From positions 1 to 18,886 of the forward strand of contig JAZDCY010000019.1 of NCBI GenBank assembly GCA_036679645.1: a stretch of 18,886 nt of DNA. The letters run 5' to 3'. Source of the DNA: Gemmatimonadota bacterium. GTDB taxonomy: Bacteria > Gemmatimonadota > Gemmatimonadetes > Gemmatimonadales > GWC2-71-9. This document shows positions 9,101 to 16,729 of the stretch, in pieces; the first letter of the stretch is position 1; the number at the start of each line of letters is the position of its first letter. Both the position numbers and the translations under genes were made by a program. A model generated the notes under the pieces. That model was not told the DNA's origin. It worked only from the letters and a program-made list of their open reading frames with translations, and ran no database searches.

Positions 9101-10084
9101 GAACAGCGGCAGCGTACCGTCGCCGTTCTCCGCAATGTCGCAACGGGCGTCGTGGCGCTGGACGACCGGCTCTGCGTGACGATGGCCAACCCGCGGGCTG
9201 AGGAACTGCTGGGCTGCAGGCTCGTGCACGGCCTGGCAATCGCCGAGCTGTCACATGAGGGGTGGATGCCGGTCTGGGAATGGGTCCGGGCAGCGGCCCG
9301 CGGGCTCGAGGATACCGAACCCACTGAGTTCACCATCGATGAGACACAGGTCCGGGTCCAGATGGGCCGCCTACGCGGCACGGCGAGCGGGTGGGTAGTC
9401 GCGCTCGATGACGTGACCGATCTGGCCCGTGCCGTCCGCGTCCTGGCATGGGGCGAGCTCGCGCGTCAGGTCGCGCACGAGATCAAGAACCCGCTCACGC
9501 CCATCCGCCTCGGGATTCAGCATCTACGTCGCTCGTTCAACGCTCCCCGCGGTGACTACGCCGAAACACTTGACCGGACGAGCAAGCAGATGCTCGCGGA
9601 GATCGAGCGGCTCGATGCGATTGCCCGGGCTTTCTCGCGTTTCGGTGCCCCACCCGCTGAGGCCGAGCCACTAGAGGTCGTCGATCTGGTGGAAGTGGCG
9701 CGCGATACGGCCGCCCTATACACACTGGGGGAGAGCGATGCCGTGCGCGTCGAATCTGAGGGTCCGGCCACGGGAACGGCCCGACGAGACGAGCTGAAGG
9801 AGGTGTTGATCAACCTGATCGAGAACGCGCGAACGGCCGGAGCGCGGCACGTCACGATCTCGCTGGCAGCTGCGAACGAGACGGCGAGCATCGCGTTGCG
9901 TGACGATGGACAGGGGATCCCGCCAGAGGATCTACCTCGGATCTTCGAGCCGCAGTTTTCTACGACGACGAGCGGGACGGGACTCGGCCTCGCGATCTGT
10001 AAGCGGCTGGTCGAGTCGTGGGGCGGGGAGATCGCGGTCGAGAGCGGAGGGGATGGGACGACTGTGACGATTCGGGTGTCGTAG
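6059..10084 (+). CDS. Large multi-TM sensor histidine kinase (HAMP-PAS-HisKA-HATPase_c), NtrY-like; start uncertain
   Basis: H-box WGELARQVAHEIKNPLTPI, N-box EVLINLIENA, G1 DDGQGIP, F-box RIFEPQFST, G2 GTGLGLAI. HAMP (LAKPVQALREAAEQVGRG), PAS (VATGVVALDD...ANPRAEELLG) and many N-terminal hydrophobic segments. GTG 6059 chosen because it directly precedes the first TM segments. Confidence 0.92.
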   Translation: MTRRRVGQWELVALFHGLLLGAWLLHPVWGWALAVCGSGLLTVVLGIGARRATVLLVTGIGLVAVGAALNTTARVSRVERAWGTDSTGVRWQLVDDAFRHLDDVLLSSVDRIQDIAERAEALVDGERAAAFAKLEDAVEGDGAEVGVLILDGEQRPWAWAGRHRLPFSAVVTGLDVRITPFYATLDAWRQTENGYTVVAHVLLDADQAVPDRERTLRTRFAITSGVDLEFYAAGRGPWADVFDYCLPSCTATDVVPDTLFSVRLVPPTQGTYKLDLLAGGERRVAVLIGLFLLGAMLLGGRLARGGALLALGGLLVFTPAGSDLRLGTLFSPATFFTETLGPVSDSAGALLTTAILALIAAVALFRWGVRRGMATIGVAAVLIVTAPYLLGELASGITPPAAGSDVGLWLQWELPIAVASAALLLLAAGFVRGRDLAARAPGWMSLVAAAWAVGAALVGLLVWQPISGWPYWYLYLWLPAIVFAIQPGPRLRVVATLAVVSGSASALLTWGAAADGRRLLAERDMVGLRQGGDPVAVGLLEQFGSRLQEEELPQSAAELFSRWSRSSLYEDGYPALLVAWSRNNAVLARLDLAELALADELAVLQRQAAAAVETHVPVVRQLERVPGMHYVLSVPYPDGSAVSVAIGPRSRAIAPVRIAQFLRGEPTLPPPYQLTLSEPIVGAVPLGPNAITWRRDGRVVRGEALLQISDAARHLHAAVQLGTTSGVLIRGVLVVALDVALIVFLWLFGEAALGGVRVPPVLIELVSGRSYRTRLGLAFAVFFVIPTVGFAAWSARRLQVEAEGARDLVIRQTLADAAGTVTEFPGMPAIVAREFLADLGGRLSSDLVLYEGSELSESSAPVLIELSVLDQYLSRNVERALVIGDQLEYSTSEVIAGSETRVGYRDLGGREGREAILAAPRLVEDPLLIRNEQDLLFGLLLVTLGGMVAAAVLATVAAGALAKPVQALREAAEQVGRGVMPSPFGRDTPGEFVPVMTAFERMASDVSASRRAVEEQRQRTVAVLRNVATGVVALDDRLCVTMANPRAEELLGCRLVHGLAIAELSHEGWMPVWEWVRAAARGLEDTEPTEFTIDETQVRVQMGRLRGTASGWVVALDDVTDLARAVRVLAWGELARQVAHEIKNPLTPIRLGIQHLRRSFNAPRGDYAETLDRTSKQMLAEIERLDAIARAFSRFGAPPAEAEPLEVVDLVEVARDTAALYTLGESDAVRVESEGPATGTARRDELKEVLINLIENARTAGARHVTISLAAANETASIALRDDGQGIPPEDLPRIFEPQFSTTTSGTGLGLAICKRLVESWGGEIAVESGGDGTTVTIRVS

Positions 10085-10155
10085 CGGTGAGCGGTGAGCC
10101 GGACGCCGCGTCGTGTGTCGTAAATCATTACAGTAAAATCAGTTAGGAGTGCTTG

Positions 10156-10183
10156 TTGACTGTGCTGAGATGTGTATTATTAT
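10156..10183 (+). promoter_or_regulatory. Putative sigma70 promoter of the RHH/nucleotidyltransferase pair
   Basis: TTGACT (10156-10161), 16-nt spacer, TATTAT (10178-10183), in a conspicuously AT-rich intergenic patch about 30 nt before the RHH start. Confidence 0.6.
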
Positions 10184-10214
10184 CTAGTAACACTATTGCA
10201 TACTGGTGCTGGCA

Positions 10215-10613
10215 ATGACGTATGTACGGACGTCCATCACGCTGCCGCCCGAACTCGTGGGGGCGGCAGATCGAAGAGCTAGGGAACTGGACCGGTCGCG
10301 CAGTTGGGTGATTGCTGAGGCGTTGCGGCGGTACGTGGCGGATCCTCTGGACCGCACGGCAGGCTCGGTAGCCGGTCGGGTCAGTGAAGCGGTCGTGCCC
10401 TACGTGGTGAGCAGGCCCGGCCTGGGCGAGTACCGTCAGATCCAACTCGAGGCCGACTTGGCTCTGACGCCTGAGGAACGGGTCCGCGCGGCGGAGGCGA
10501 CCGCTCGGGTTGGGGAGTTGTCTCGTGCGTGCGGCCGGCGAGAGCAGGTGCTCACCTTCGAGCGCTACGAGGATTACCTCGATTGGAAACGCCGTGAGGG
10601 CGTGCGCCCATGA
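10215..10613 (+). CDS. Ribbon-helix-helix (CopG-like) DNA-binding protein with C-terminal extension; putative antitoxin/regulator
   Basis: N-terminal VRTSITLPPELVGAADRRARELDRSRSWVIAEALRRYV is a classic RHH pattern. C-terminal LALTPEERVRAAE. ATGA overlap with the next gene. Confidence 0.8.
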   Translation: MTYVRTSITLPPELVGAADRRARELDRSRSWVIAEALRRYVADPLDRTAGSVAGRVSEAVVPYVVSRPGLGEYRQIQLEADLALTPEERVRAAEATARVGELSRACGRREQVLTFERYEDYLDWKRREGVRP

Positions 10614-11074
10614 ACAAGCATCAGACGCAGCTCGCGGACGTCTGCGAGCGGCTGAACGACCACGGCGCCAAGTACGTATTGGTAGGTGCTTCGGCCATGC
10701 AGCTGTGGGGCACCACGCGCGCCACGCGGGACATCGACATCCTGATCGAGAAGAGTGTAGAGAACGCGGGGCGCGTGCTCGCTGCGTTGTCAGAGGTCGG
10801 TTTCGGATTTGCCCGCGATTGGCTGGCTGAAGAGGTCGCACGAAAGCCCGTGACGATCATCGGAGATTCTCCGCGAGTAGACATCTTGAACGTCGCGTGG
10901 AGCGTGCATTATCCCGAGGCGGCGGCGGACGCGACGGAATTCGCGTTGGAAGGCGTGAAGATCCCCACCGCATCAATCGATCATCTCATCGCTTCGAAGC
11001 GGACCGGACGGCTGCAGGACGCGGCGGACATCGAGGCGCTGGAGGAGATCAAGCGTCTACGCGAAACACGCTAA
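10610..11074 (+). CDS. Small Pol-beta-superfamily nucleotidyltransferase (AbiEii/DUF1814/DUF6036-like); putative toxin
   Basis: YVLVGASAM (hGG/GS-like motif), RATRDIDIL (DxD), RVDIL (third Asp), LIASKRTGRLQDAADIEAL (K...R.QD..D motif of this clade). Translationally coupled to the RHH gene. Confidence 0.82.
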   Translation: MNKHQTQLADVCERLNDHGAKYVLVGASAMQLWGTTRATRDIDILIEKSVENAGRVLAALSEVGFGFARDWLAEEVARKPVTIIGDSPRVDILNVAWSVHYPEAAADATEFALEGVKIPTASIDHLIASKRTGRLQDAADIEALEEIKRLRETR

Positions 11075-11115
11075 CCGCCTTACCCGCCGAGCCGTTGGCA
11101 CCCATATTAGGCGCC

Positions 11116-12291
11116 ATGCCTAGGAACTTCACGGCGAGTCGCACCCACGGATTCACCGAATCGGTGATCCGCGAAATGACGCGGGTCGCAGCCCAGCACA
11201 GTGCTATCAACCTCGCGCAGGGGTTCCCGAACTTTCCGGCGCCACAGGTTGTAAAGGACGCGGCCGCCAAGGCGATCCACGACGACATCAACCAATACGC
11301 CGTCACCTGGGGCGCTCCCCGCCTGCGCAACGCGCTCGCTGCCAAGTACGCCGCGTGGTACAACATGGAGGTGGACCCGGATCGTCACGTCACCGTGACG
11401 TGTGGTGCCACGGAGGCCATGGCGTCGGTCCTCCTGGCGACCGTGGATACCGGTGACGAGGTCGTGATCCTCGAGCCGTTCTACGAGAACTACGGGCCGG
11501 ATGCGATCCTCTGTGGTGCGAAACCGGTGTTTGTGCCCATCGCGCCACAAGGGCCGCTTGACGCGGACCGCATTGCCAAGGCCCTGTCGCGGCGCACGAA
11601 GGCGATCATCCTCAACACGCCGAACAACCCCACGGGCCGTGTGTTGAGTCGTGAGGAACTCTCGGAGATTGCGACGTTGTGCATCGCGCACAACGTTATC
11701 GCGATCACCGATGAGATATACGAGCATATCATCTACGACGGTGAACATGTCCCGCTCGCGTCGCTGCCGGGAATGCGCGAGCGGACGATCACGATCAGCG
11801 GAGCCTCCAAGACGTTCTCCGTTACGGGATGGCGCATTGGGACCATCGTGGCGCCTGAGACGATCACCAACGCCATCCGGAAAGTTCACGATTTCCTCAC
11901 CGTCGGTGCTCCGGCCCCGCTGCAGGAAGGCGTGGCCGCCGGCCTCGAGCAGTTGCGCCCCGGTTTCTACGAGGCTCTGGCGAACGAGTATCGCACGCGC
12001 CGCGATGTCCTGCTCGCCGGTCTCGAAGATGCCGGATTCAAGTGCGTTCGGCCGAATGGGGCGTACTACATCATGGCGGATTTCTCGGAGCTGAGCCGCG
12101 AGTCTGATACGTCATTCGCGCGGCGTCTGACCGGGGAATTCAAGGTCGCGCCGGTCCCGGGTTCGAGTTTCTATAGTGAGCCCGAACTTGGGCGCCAGAT
12201 GGTACGGTTTGCCTTCTGCAAGACGATGGATCTGCTCCAGGAAGCCGGCAATCGCCTGGCAGGCATCCGGGCGCGTCTGGGTGTCGTATGA
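11116..12291 (+). CDS. PLP-dependent class I/II aminotransferase (YbdL/kynurenine/methionine aminotransferase-like)
   Basis: Start moved to ATG 11116. INLAQGFPNF, NQYA, VTCGATEA, EPFYENY, LNTPNNPTG, TDEIYEHI, SKTFSVTGWRIG (PLP lysine), VRFAFCK. Confidence 0.95.
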   Translation: MPRNFTASRTHGFTESVIREMTRVAAQHSAINLAQGFPNFPAPQVVKDAAAKAIHDDINQYAVTWGAPRLRNALAAKYAAWYNMEVDPDRHVTVTCGATEAMASVLLATVDTGDEVVILEPFYENYGPDAILCGAKPVFVPIAPQGPLDADRIAKALSRRTKAIILNTPNNPTGRVLSREELSEIATLCIAHNVIAITDEIYEHIIYDGEHVPLASLPGMRERTITISGASKTFSVTGWRIGTIVAPETITNAIRKVHDFLTVGAPAPLQEGVAAGLEQLRPGFYEALANEYRTRRDVLLAGLEDAGFKCVRPNGAYYIMADFSELSRESDTSFARRLTGEFKVAPVPGSSFYSEPELGRQMVRFAFCKTMDLLQEAGNRLAGIRARLGVV

Positions 12292-12307
12292 AACGGGTCA
12301 TCTCGCA

Positions 12308-12333
12308 GGAACCTTTTTCCTCCTCCCGGTATT
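12308..12333 (+). promoter_or_regulatory. Possible ECF sigma promoter upstream of msrP
   Basis: GGAAC-N16-GTATT (GGAACCTTTTTCCTCCTCCCGGTATT), about 40 nt upstream of msrP. Shares AACCTT and GTATT with the motif at 4637-4665. Confidence 0.4.
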
Positions 12334-12371
12334 AGATCTGGCGACTTGGGAATCCCCCCGCGCCTGAGGAC

Positions 12372-13307
12372 GTGATGCTGATCAAACGCCCGCCCGATAT
12401 CCACGTATCCGAGATCACCGATGAGCGGCTCTACTGGAACCGCCGCGAGTTCATTCGGTCGACGGCAGGCGTCGCCGCCGGTGTGGCGATGCCCTCGGTG
12501 CTGGGGTGCGACCCGGTGCGTGACGCCGGCGCGGAGGAGGGGACGGCCGCGGACGACGAGCTGACGCCCTTCGAGGATGTCACCAGCTACAACAATTTCT
12601 ATGAGTTCGGCACGGACAAGAGCGATCCGGCAAAGAATGCTGGGACTCTGCGCACGCGCCCGTGGACGGTGGTTGTCGAAGGTGAGGTCAACAACCCTGG
12701 CACATGGGATATAGACGACCTGATGAACGTGGCACCTCTCGAGGAGCGCGTGTACCGCCTGCGCTGCGTCGAGGCGTGGTCAATGGTGATCCCGTGGCTC
12801 GGGATCTCACTGAGCGCGTTCATCGATCGCCTCGAGCCGACGTCTCACGCCCGGTTCATCGAGTTCGAAACGCTACTCGACCCCCAGCAGATGCCCGGGC
12901 AACGACGGCGAGTGCTCGACTGGCCGTACGTCGAGGGCTTGCGCATGGACGAGGCAATGCATCCGCTCACGCTCCTGACGTTCGGACTCTATGGCCAGAT
13001 GTTGCCAAATCAGAACGGTGCTCCCGTCCGCCTGGTGATTCCGTGGAAGTACGGGTTCAAGAGCATCAAGTCCATCGTGCGCATGAAATTCGTGCGCACG
13101 CAGCCCATGAACACGTGGAACGTGACCGCCTCGAACGAGTACGGGTTCTACGCCAACGTGAACCCGGAGGTCGATCACCCGCGCTGGAGCCAGGCACGGG
13201 AGCGGCGGATCGGCGAGCTGCGGCGCCGCCGCACGCTCATGTTCAACGGGTATGCAGATGAGGTGGGGCATCTCTACGCCGGCATGGACTTGCGCCGGAA
13301 CTTCTGA
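12372..13307 (+). CDS. msrP: Protein-methionine-sulfoxide reductase catalytic subunit (molybdopterin)
   Basis: SEIT..LY.NRREF Tat signal, [28 protein letters not shown] (Mo-ligand Cys), [58 protein letters not shown]. Confidence 0.98.
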   Translation: MMLIKRPPDIHVSEITDERLYWNRREFIRSTAGVAAGVAMPSVLGCDPVRDAGAEEGTAADDELTPFEDVTSYNNFYEFGTDKSDPAKNAGTLRTRPWTVVVEGEVNNPGTWDIDDLMNVAPLEERVYRLRCVEAWSMVIPWLGISLSAFIDRLEPTSHARFIEFETLLDPQQMPGQRRRVLDWPYVEGLRMDEAMHPLTLLTFGLYGQMLPNQNGAPVRLVIPWKYGFKSIKSIVRMKFVRTQPMNTWNVTASNEYGFYANVNPEVDHPRWSQARERRIGELRRRRTLMFNGYADEVGHLYAGMDLRRNF

Positions 13308-13322
13308 CCTAACGGTGACGAC

Positions 13323-13922
13323 GTGATACGGCTACGGCGGGTGCTCAAGCCCGCCGTTTTCCTGTTGGCCCTCGTGCCGTTCGCGCTGCTGCTCCACGAC
13401 CTTGTGACGGACGGGCTCGGAGCCAATCCCATCGAAGAGATCACCCATCGCACCGGTTTCTGGGGGCTCACTTTCGTCGTGATCACCCTCGCGGTAACGC
13501 CGTTCCGGCGTCTCTCGGGATGGAACGGCGTGATCTCGCTGCGCCGCATGCTGGGGCTCTTTGGATTCTTCTACGTGACGCTTCATTTCCTCACGTACAT
13601 CGTGCTGGACCAGTTCTTCGCCTTCGCCTTCATCATCGAGGATATCGCCGAGCGGCCGTACATTACGGTCGGATTCACGAGTTGGCTGCTGCTGATTCCC
13701 CTTGCAATCACGTCGACGAATGCGATGATTCGTCGGCTGGGAAAGCGCTGGCGTACGCTCCACAGCCTCGTTTACATCGTTGCATTCGGCGGGGTGCTGC
13801 ACTTTGCCTGGCAGGTCAAGGCCGACCTGCGCGTCCCGACGATTTTCGCGACGATCCTGCTCGTTCTACTCGTACTTCGACTCGTGCCCACGCGAGTGTT
13901 CCGGGCACTGCGGAGTTGGTGA
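13323..13922 (+). CDS. msrQ: Protein-methionine-sulfoxide reductase heme-binding membrane subunit
   Basis: LGANPIEEITHRTG, LAVTP, RRMLGL, LHFLTY, RPYITVG, PLAITS, RRLGKRWRTLHSLVY. Directly follows msrP. Confidence 0.97.
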   Translation: MIRLRRVLKPAVFLLALVPFALLLHDLVTDGLGANPIEEITHRTGFWGLTFVVITLAVTPFRRLSGWNGVISLRRMLGLFGFFYVTLHFLTYIVLDQFFAFAFIIEDIAERPYITVGFTSWLLLIPLAITSTNAMIRRLGKRWRTLHSLVYIVAFGGVLHFAWQVKADLRVPTIFATILLVLLVLRLVPTRVFRALRSW

Positions 13923-13935
13923 TGAGGAAAACACT

Positions 13936-15588
13936 ATGAAACGCGTATTTCATGCCGTACTGGTTGCCACCATCGCGGCCGGCTGTAGTGGTGAACCCGT
14001 TGTGCCCGGGGCAGCGCTCGAGAGCATCACGGCGGAAGACATCGCTCCGCGTATCGCCGCGCTGGCCTCTGACGAGTTCGCGGGACGTGCACCGTCGTCG
14101 GAGGGCGAGACGCGCACGTTGGCATACCTGCGCGATGAGTTCTCGCGGCTCGGTCTCGAGCCGGGCAACGACACCAGCTACTTCCAGGAAGTGCCGCTAA
14201 TCAAGTCGACCGTGACGCCCGGTCCCGCTCTGGTGATCAGCGGCAACGGCCAGACGGCCCGGTTCGCGTACGCCGATGATTTCGTGGGGGTGACACGCCG
14301 CGTCGTGGACGAGACCGGGCTCGACAACTCGGAGCTGGTCTTCGTCGGGTACGGGATCGTAGCGCCCGAGTACGACTGGAACGACTATGCTGGCATCGAT
14401 GCCCAGGGTAAGACCGTTGTCGTTCTCGTGAACGACCCCGGATTCGCGACGCAAGACACGGCCCTCTTTCGCGGCAACGCAATGACATACTACGGCCGCT
14501 GGACCTACAAGTACGAAGAGGCCGCCCGGCAGGGAGCCGACGGCGTGTTGATCGTGCACGAGACCGCACCAGCCGCGTATGGCTGGGATGTCGTGCGCAA
14601 TGGGTGGACGGGTCCCCAATTCATGTTGGAGACGCCAGACGGCAACATGAGTCGCACGGCGGTCGAGGGATGGATCTCGCACGAGACGGCGCGGTCGATC
14701 TTCGCGAGTGGGGGCCACGACTACGAATCGCTCAAAGGAGGTGCGGCGACACCCGGCTTCACGGCGGTGCCGCTGGACGTCACCGCCTCCGTACGGCTCG
14801 AGAATACGATCGAGCGATCCCGCTCTTACAACGTGCTCGCGCGCGTCCCGGGCACCGATCGCGCCGACGAATACGTCGTGTACATGGCGCATTGGGATCA
14901 CCTCGGCACGGACCCGCTGATTGCCGGTGACGGGATCTACAACGGCGCGCGCGACAATGCGACCGGGACCGCGGCATTGCTGGAGCTGGCCGAGGCGTTC
15001 CAGGCATTGAGCACGCGCCCGTCACGATCCGTCCTGTTTCTCGCCACCACTGCCGAAGAACAGGGGCTGCTCGGCTCGCAACACTACGCGCTGAATCCGG
15101 TCGTTCCGCTCGACCACACCGTGGCGGCGTTGAACATGGACTCGATGAACTCGTTCGGGCCGACGCGAGACATCACCGTCGTTGGGTACGGTAACTCCGA
15201 GCTGGACGACTTCGCCCAGCGGGCGGCGGACGAGCAGGGCCGGTATCTGCGACCCGACGCGGAGCCCGAGAAGGGGTTCTACTACCGGTCAGACCACTTC
15301 TCCTTTGCCAAACTTGGTGTTCCGGCGCTCTACCTCGATCCCGGAGTCGAAGCCGTCGACGGTGGTGAGGCGTACGGGCGTGAGCAGCTGGATGCGTATA
15401 CCGCCAATCGGTACCATCAGCCCACGGATGAAATGGACGATACGTGGAACCTGAGTGGTATGGCGGAAGACGTGCGTCTCTTCTTTCGGATTGGGTACCG
15501 GCTGGCGAATACGGGCGCGTTCCCCAACTGGCGGGAGGGTACGGAATTTCGAGCGGCGCGGGATGCCATGATGGGGCAGGGGCGATGA
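13936..15588 (+). CDS. M28-family metallopeptidase with PA domain, lipoprotein
   Basis: Start moved to ATG 13936 (SD GAGG; lipobox IAAG|C). LASDEFAGR, PA domain (LVFVGYGI...DYAGID), AHWDHLG, IYNGARDNATG, TAEEQGLLGS, LNMD, RSDHFSF, YHQPTDE. Confidence 0.95.
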   Translation: MKRVFHAVLVATIAAGCSGEPVVPGAALESITAEDIAPRIAALASDEFAGRAPSSEGETRTLAYLRDEFSRLGLEPGNDTSYFQEVPLIKSTVTPGPALVISGNGQTARFAYADDFVGVTRRVVDETGLDNSELVFVGYGIVAPEYDWNDYAGIDAQGKTVVVLVNDPGFATQDTALFRGNAMTYYGRWTYKYEEAARQGADGVLIVHETAPAAYGWDVVRNGWTGPQFMLETPDGNMSRTAVEGWISHETARSIFASGGHDYESLKGGAATPGFTAVPLDVTASVRLENTIERSRSYNVLARVPGTDRADEYVVYMAHWDHLGTDPLIAGDGIYNGARDNATGTAALLELAEAFQALSTRPSRSVLFLATTAEEQGLLGSQHYALNPVVPLDHTVAALNMDSMNSFGPTRDITVVGYGNSELDDFAQRAADEQGRYLRPDAEPEKGFYYRSDHFSFAKLGVPALYLDPGVEAVDGGEAYGREQLDAYTANRYHQPTDEMDDTWNLSGMAEDVRLFFRIGYRLANTGAFPNWREGTEFRAARDAMMGQGR

Positions 15589-15629
15589 CGGGGGCGACGA
15601 AGGGGGCGGTGTAAGGGGCGATGTAGGGG
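15573..15629 (+). repeat. Degenerate 12-bp G-rich tandem repeat (GGGGCG-N6, about 4.5 copies)
   Basis: ggggcgatgacg / ggggcgacgaag / ggggcggtgtaa / ggggcgatgtag starting at 15579, 15591, 15603 and 15615, straddling the M28 stop codon. Confidence 0.75.
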
Positions 15630-15759
15630 TGGCGTCGGTCCCTCGTCGATGTATCGCTTTCGGACTTGCAAAACAGTGTGGACGGGCCTCGTGCCGGTTC
15701 TCACCGGTTTCTGACGGGGACTCGGTTGGGGGGGTGATCGGCGATCTGGTTCCCGCCGC

Positions 15760-16632
15760 TCAGAGGGGCGTGCCGACCCGCCGATGCTGCGCGAGCACTG
15801 ATTCGACACGCGTCTGCGGCACCCCAACATGCTTGGCGAATGCCAGCACCGCGCAGGCGAAATCCAATGGAGGTCCATCTCTGCTTGCCATTCCGAGCCA
15901 GTGCGTGCGTTGGCGCCGGAGCGTATCCTCGCTCATTCCGATTGCCCGTGCTACGACGCCCCAACCGAGCCCACTCCAGTCACGGGTGTACGTCGCGAGG
16001 AGCAGCGATGTCCAGTCCAGTAGCTCTTTCGGGCCAGGGACCACGGCCGACGGCCATCGGCGGAGAAGTGTGCGCGGCGAAATGCCGAGGCTCTGGGCCA
16101 GAGCGGCCACCGAGCAGCGGGCACCGACGCCCCGCAGCCGCAAAGCCGTGCGGGCGAACTCGGCGGGACGACCTCGCAAACCGGGTAGCAGAGCGGTGAG
16201 GACCGCCATCACGGCCTCCTCCGGAGCGGTGCGCAGGAGCCGGGCGAGTGCCTTCGCGATGCGTTCGACGTCAGGCGACGTCCTTTCCTGAGAAATGGCT
16301 GACACACCACGCAGGCTTCGTAGCGAAAACAGGACCGGCACCATCTCAGAGTGTACTGGGACATAGAGCAGAATTGGCAGGGCCGGGCGCAGACGCCGCA
16401 GATCGTGTAACGCCCTGACGGCCGTCCGCGCCGGCACGCAATCGAAGATCAACCCTTGATACTTGGCGAGTCTGTCTATGTTCGAGGTCCCGCTCCAGCC
16501 GGCTTCACGCACGGCAGCGCCGAAATGTCGGATCCCCGCCTCCGCGTAGGAACGCGCGAGCGCGTCCGTGACCGCGACCGCAACGGTGGTGCCGTGGTGG
16601 GCTGGACGGAGAACTCCCGGTCGAAGAGACAT
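15760..16632 (-). CDS. AraC/XylS-like double-HTH transcriptional regulator with degenerate receiver-like N-terminal domain
   Basis: HTH1 SVAALAQSLGISPRTLLRR, linker PGPKELLDW, HTH2 WGVVARAIGMSEDTLRR. N-terminal alpha/beta region (GLIFDC...LRRLRPALPILLY) resembles a REC fold. Divergent from the peptide cassette. Confidence 0.75.
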   Translation of the reverse strand: MSLRPGVLRPAHHGTTVAVAVTDALARSYAEAGIRHFGAAVREAGWSGTSNIDRLAKYQGLIFDCVPARTAVRALHDLRRLRPALPILLYVPVHSEMVPVLFSLRSLRGVSAISQERTSPDVERIAKALARLLRTAPEEAVMAVLTALLPGLRGRPAEFARTALRLRGVGARCSVAALAQSLGISPRTLLRRWPSAVVPGPKELLDWTSLLLATYTRDWSGLGWGVVARAIGMSEDTLRRQRTHWLGMASRDGPPLDFACAVLAFAKHVGVPQTRVESVLAQHRRVGTPL

Positions 16633-16697
16633 CGCGCAATGAAATGGCGGGGGCGATCACCGTGAGTCAAGGTGCTTCCCCAAGCGCACATGTCGCA

Positions 16698-16729
16698 TTT
16701 TGCGGGGGGGGGGGGGGCCGGTTTTGCGG
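16698..16729. promoter_or_regulatory. G14 homopolymer between TTTTGCGG direct repeats in the divergent promoter region
   Basis: TTTTGCGG at 16698-16705 and 16722-16729 (24-bp period); G run at 16704-16717. Confidence 0.55.

Noticed and set aside
7817..9229. 470-aa minus-strand ORF inside the kinase gene
   Set aside because: Antisense shadow rich in Arg/His/Gly, with no recognisable domain.
10084..10100. GCGGTGA x2 after the kinase stop, sharing CGGTGAGCGG with 4694-4703
   Set aside because: Too short and too few copies to call a REP element, CRISPR repeat or terminator in GC-rich DNA.
10160..10187. dif/pdif-like look of ...TGTGTA-TTATTATCTAG
   Set aside because: Only the spacer and TTAT resemble dif. 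The XerC arm does not match and the XerD arm is weak; a sigma70 -10 explains the sequence better.
10897..11115. N-terminal extensions given by the ORF track for the aminotransferase (and likewise M28 at 13780, TolC at 4666, peptide at 16902, propeller at 17221)
   Set aside because: They overlap upstream genes or promoter regions. Internal starts give proper signal peptides or family N-termini.
15579..15626. Tandem repeat as a CRISPR array
   Set aside because: 12-bp units with no spacers and no cas genes in the window.
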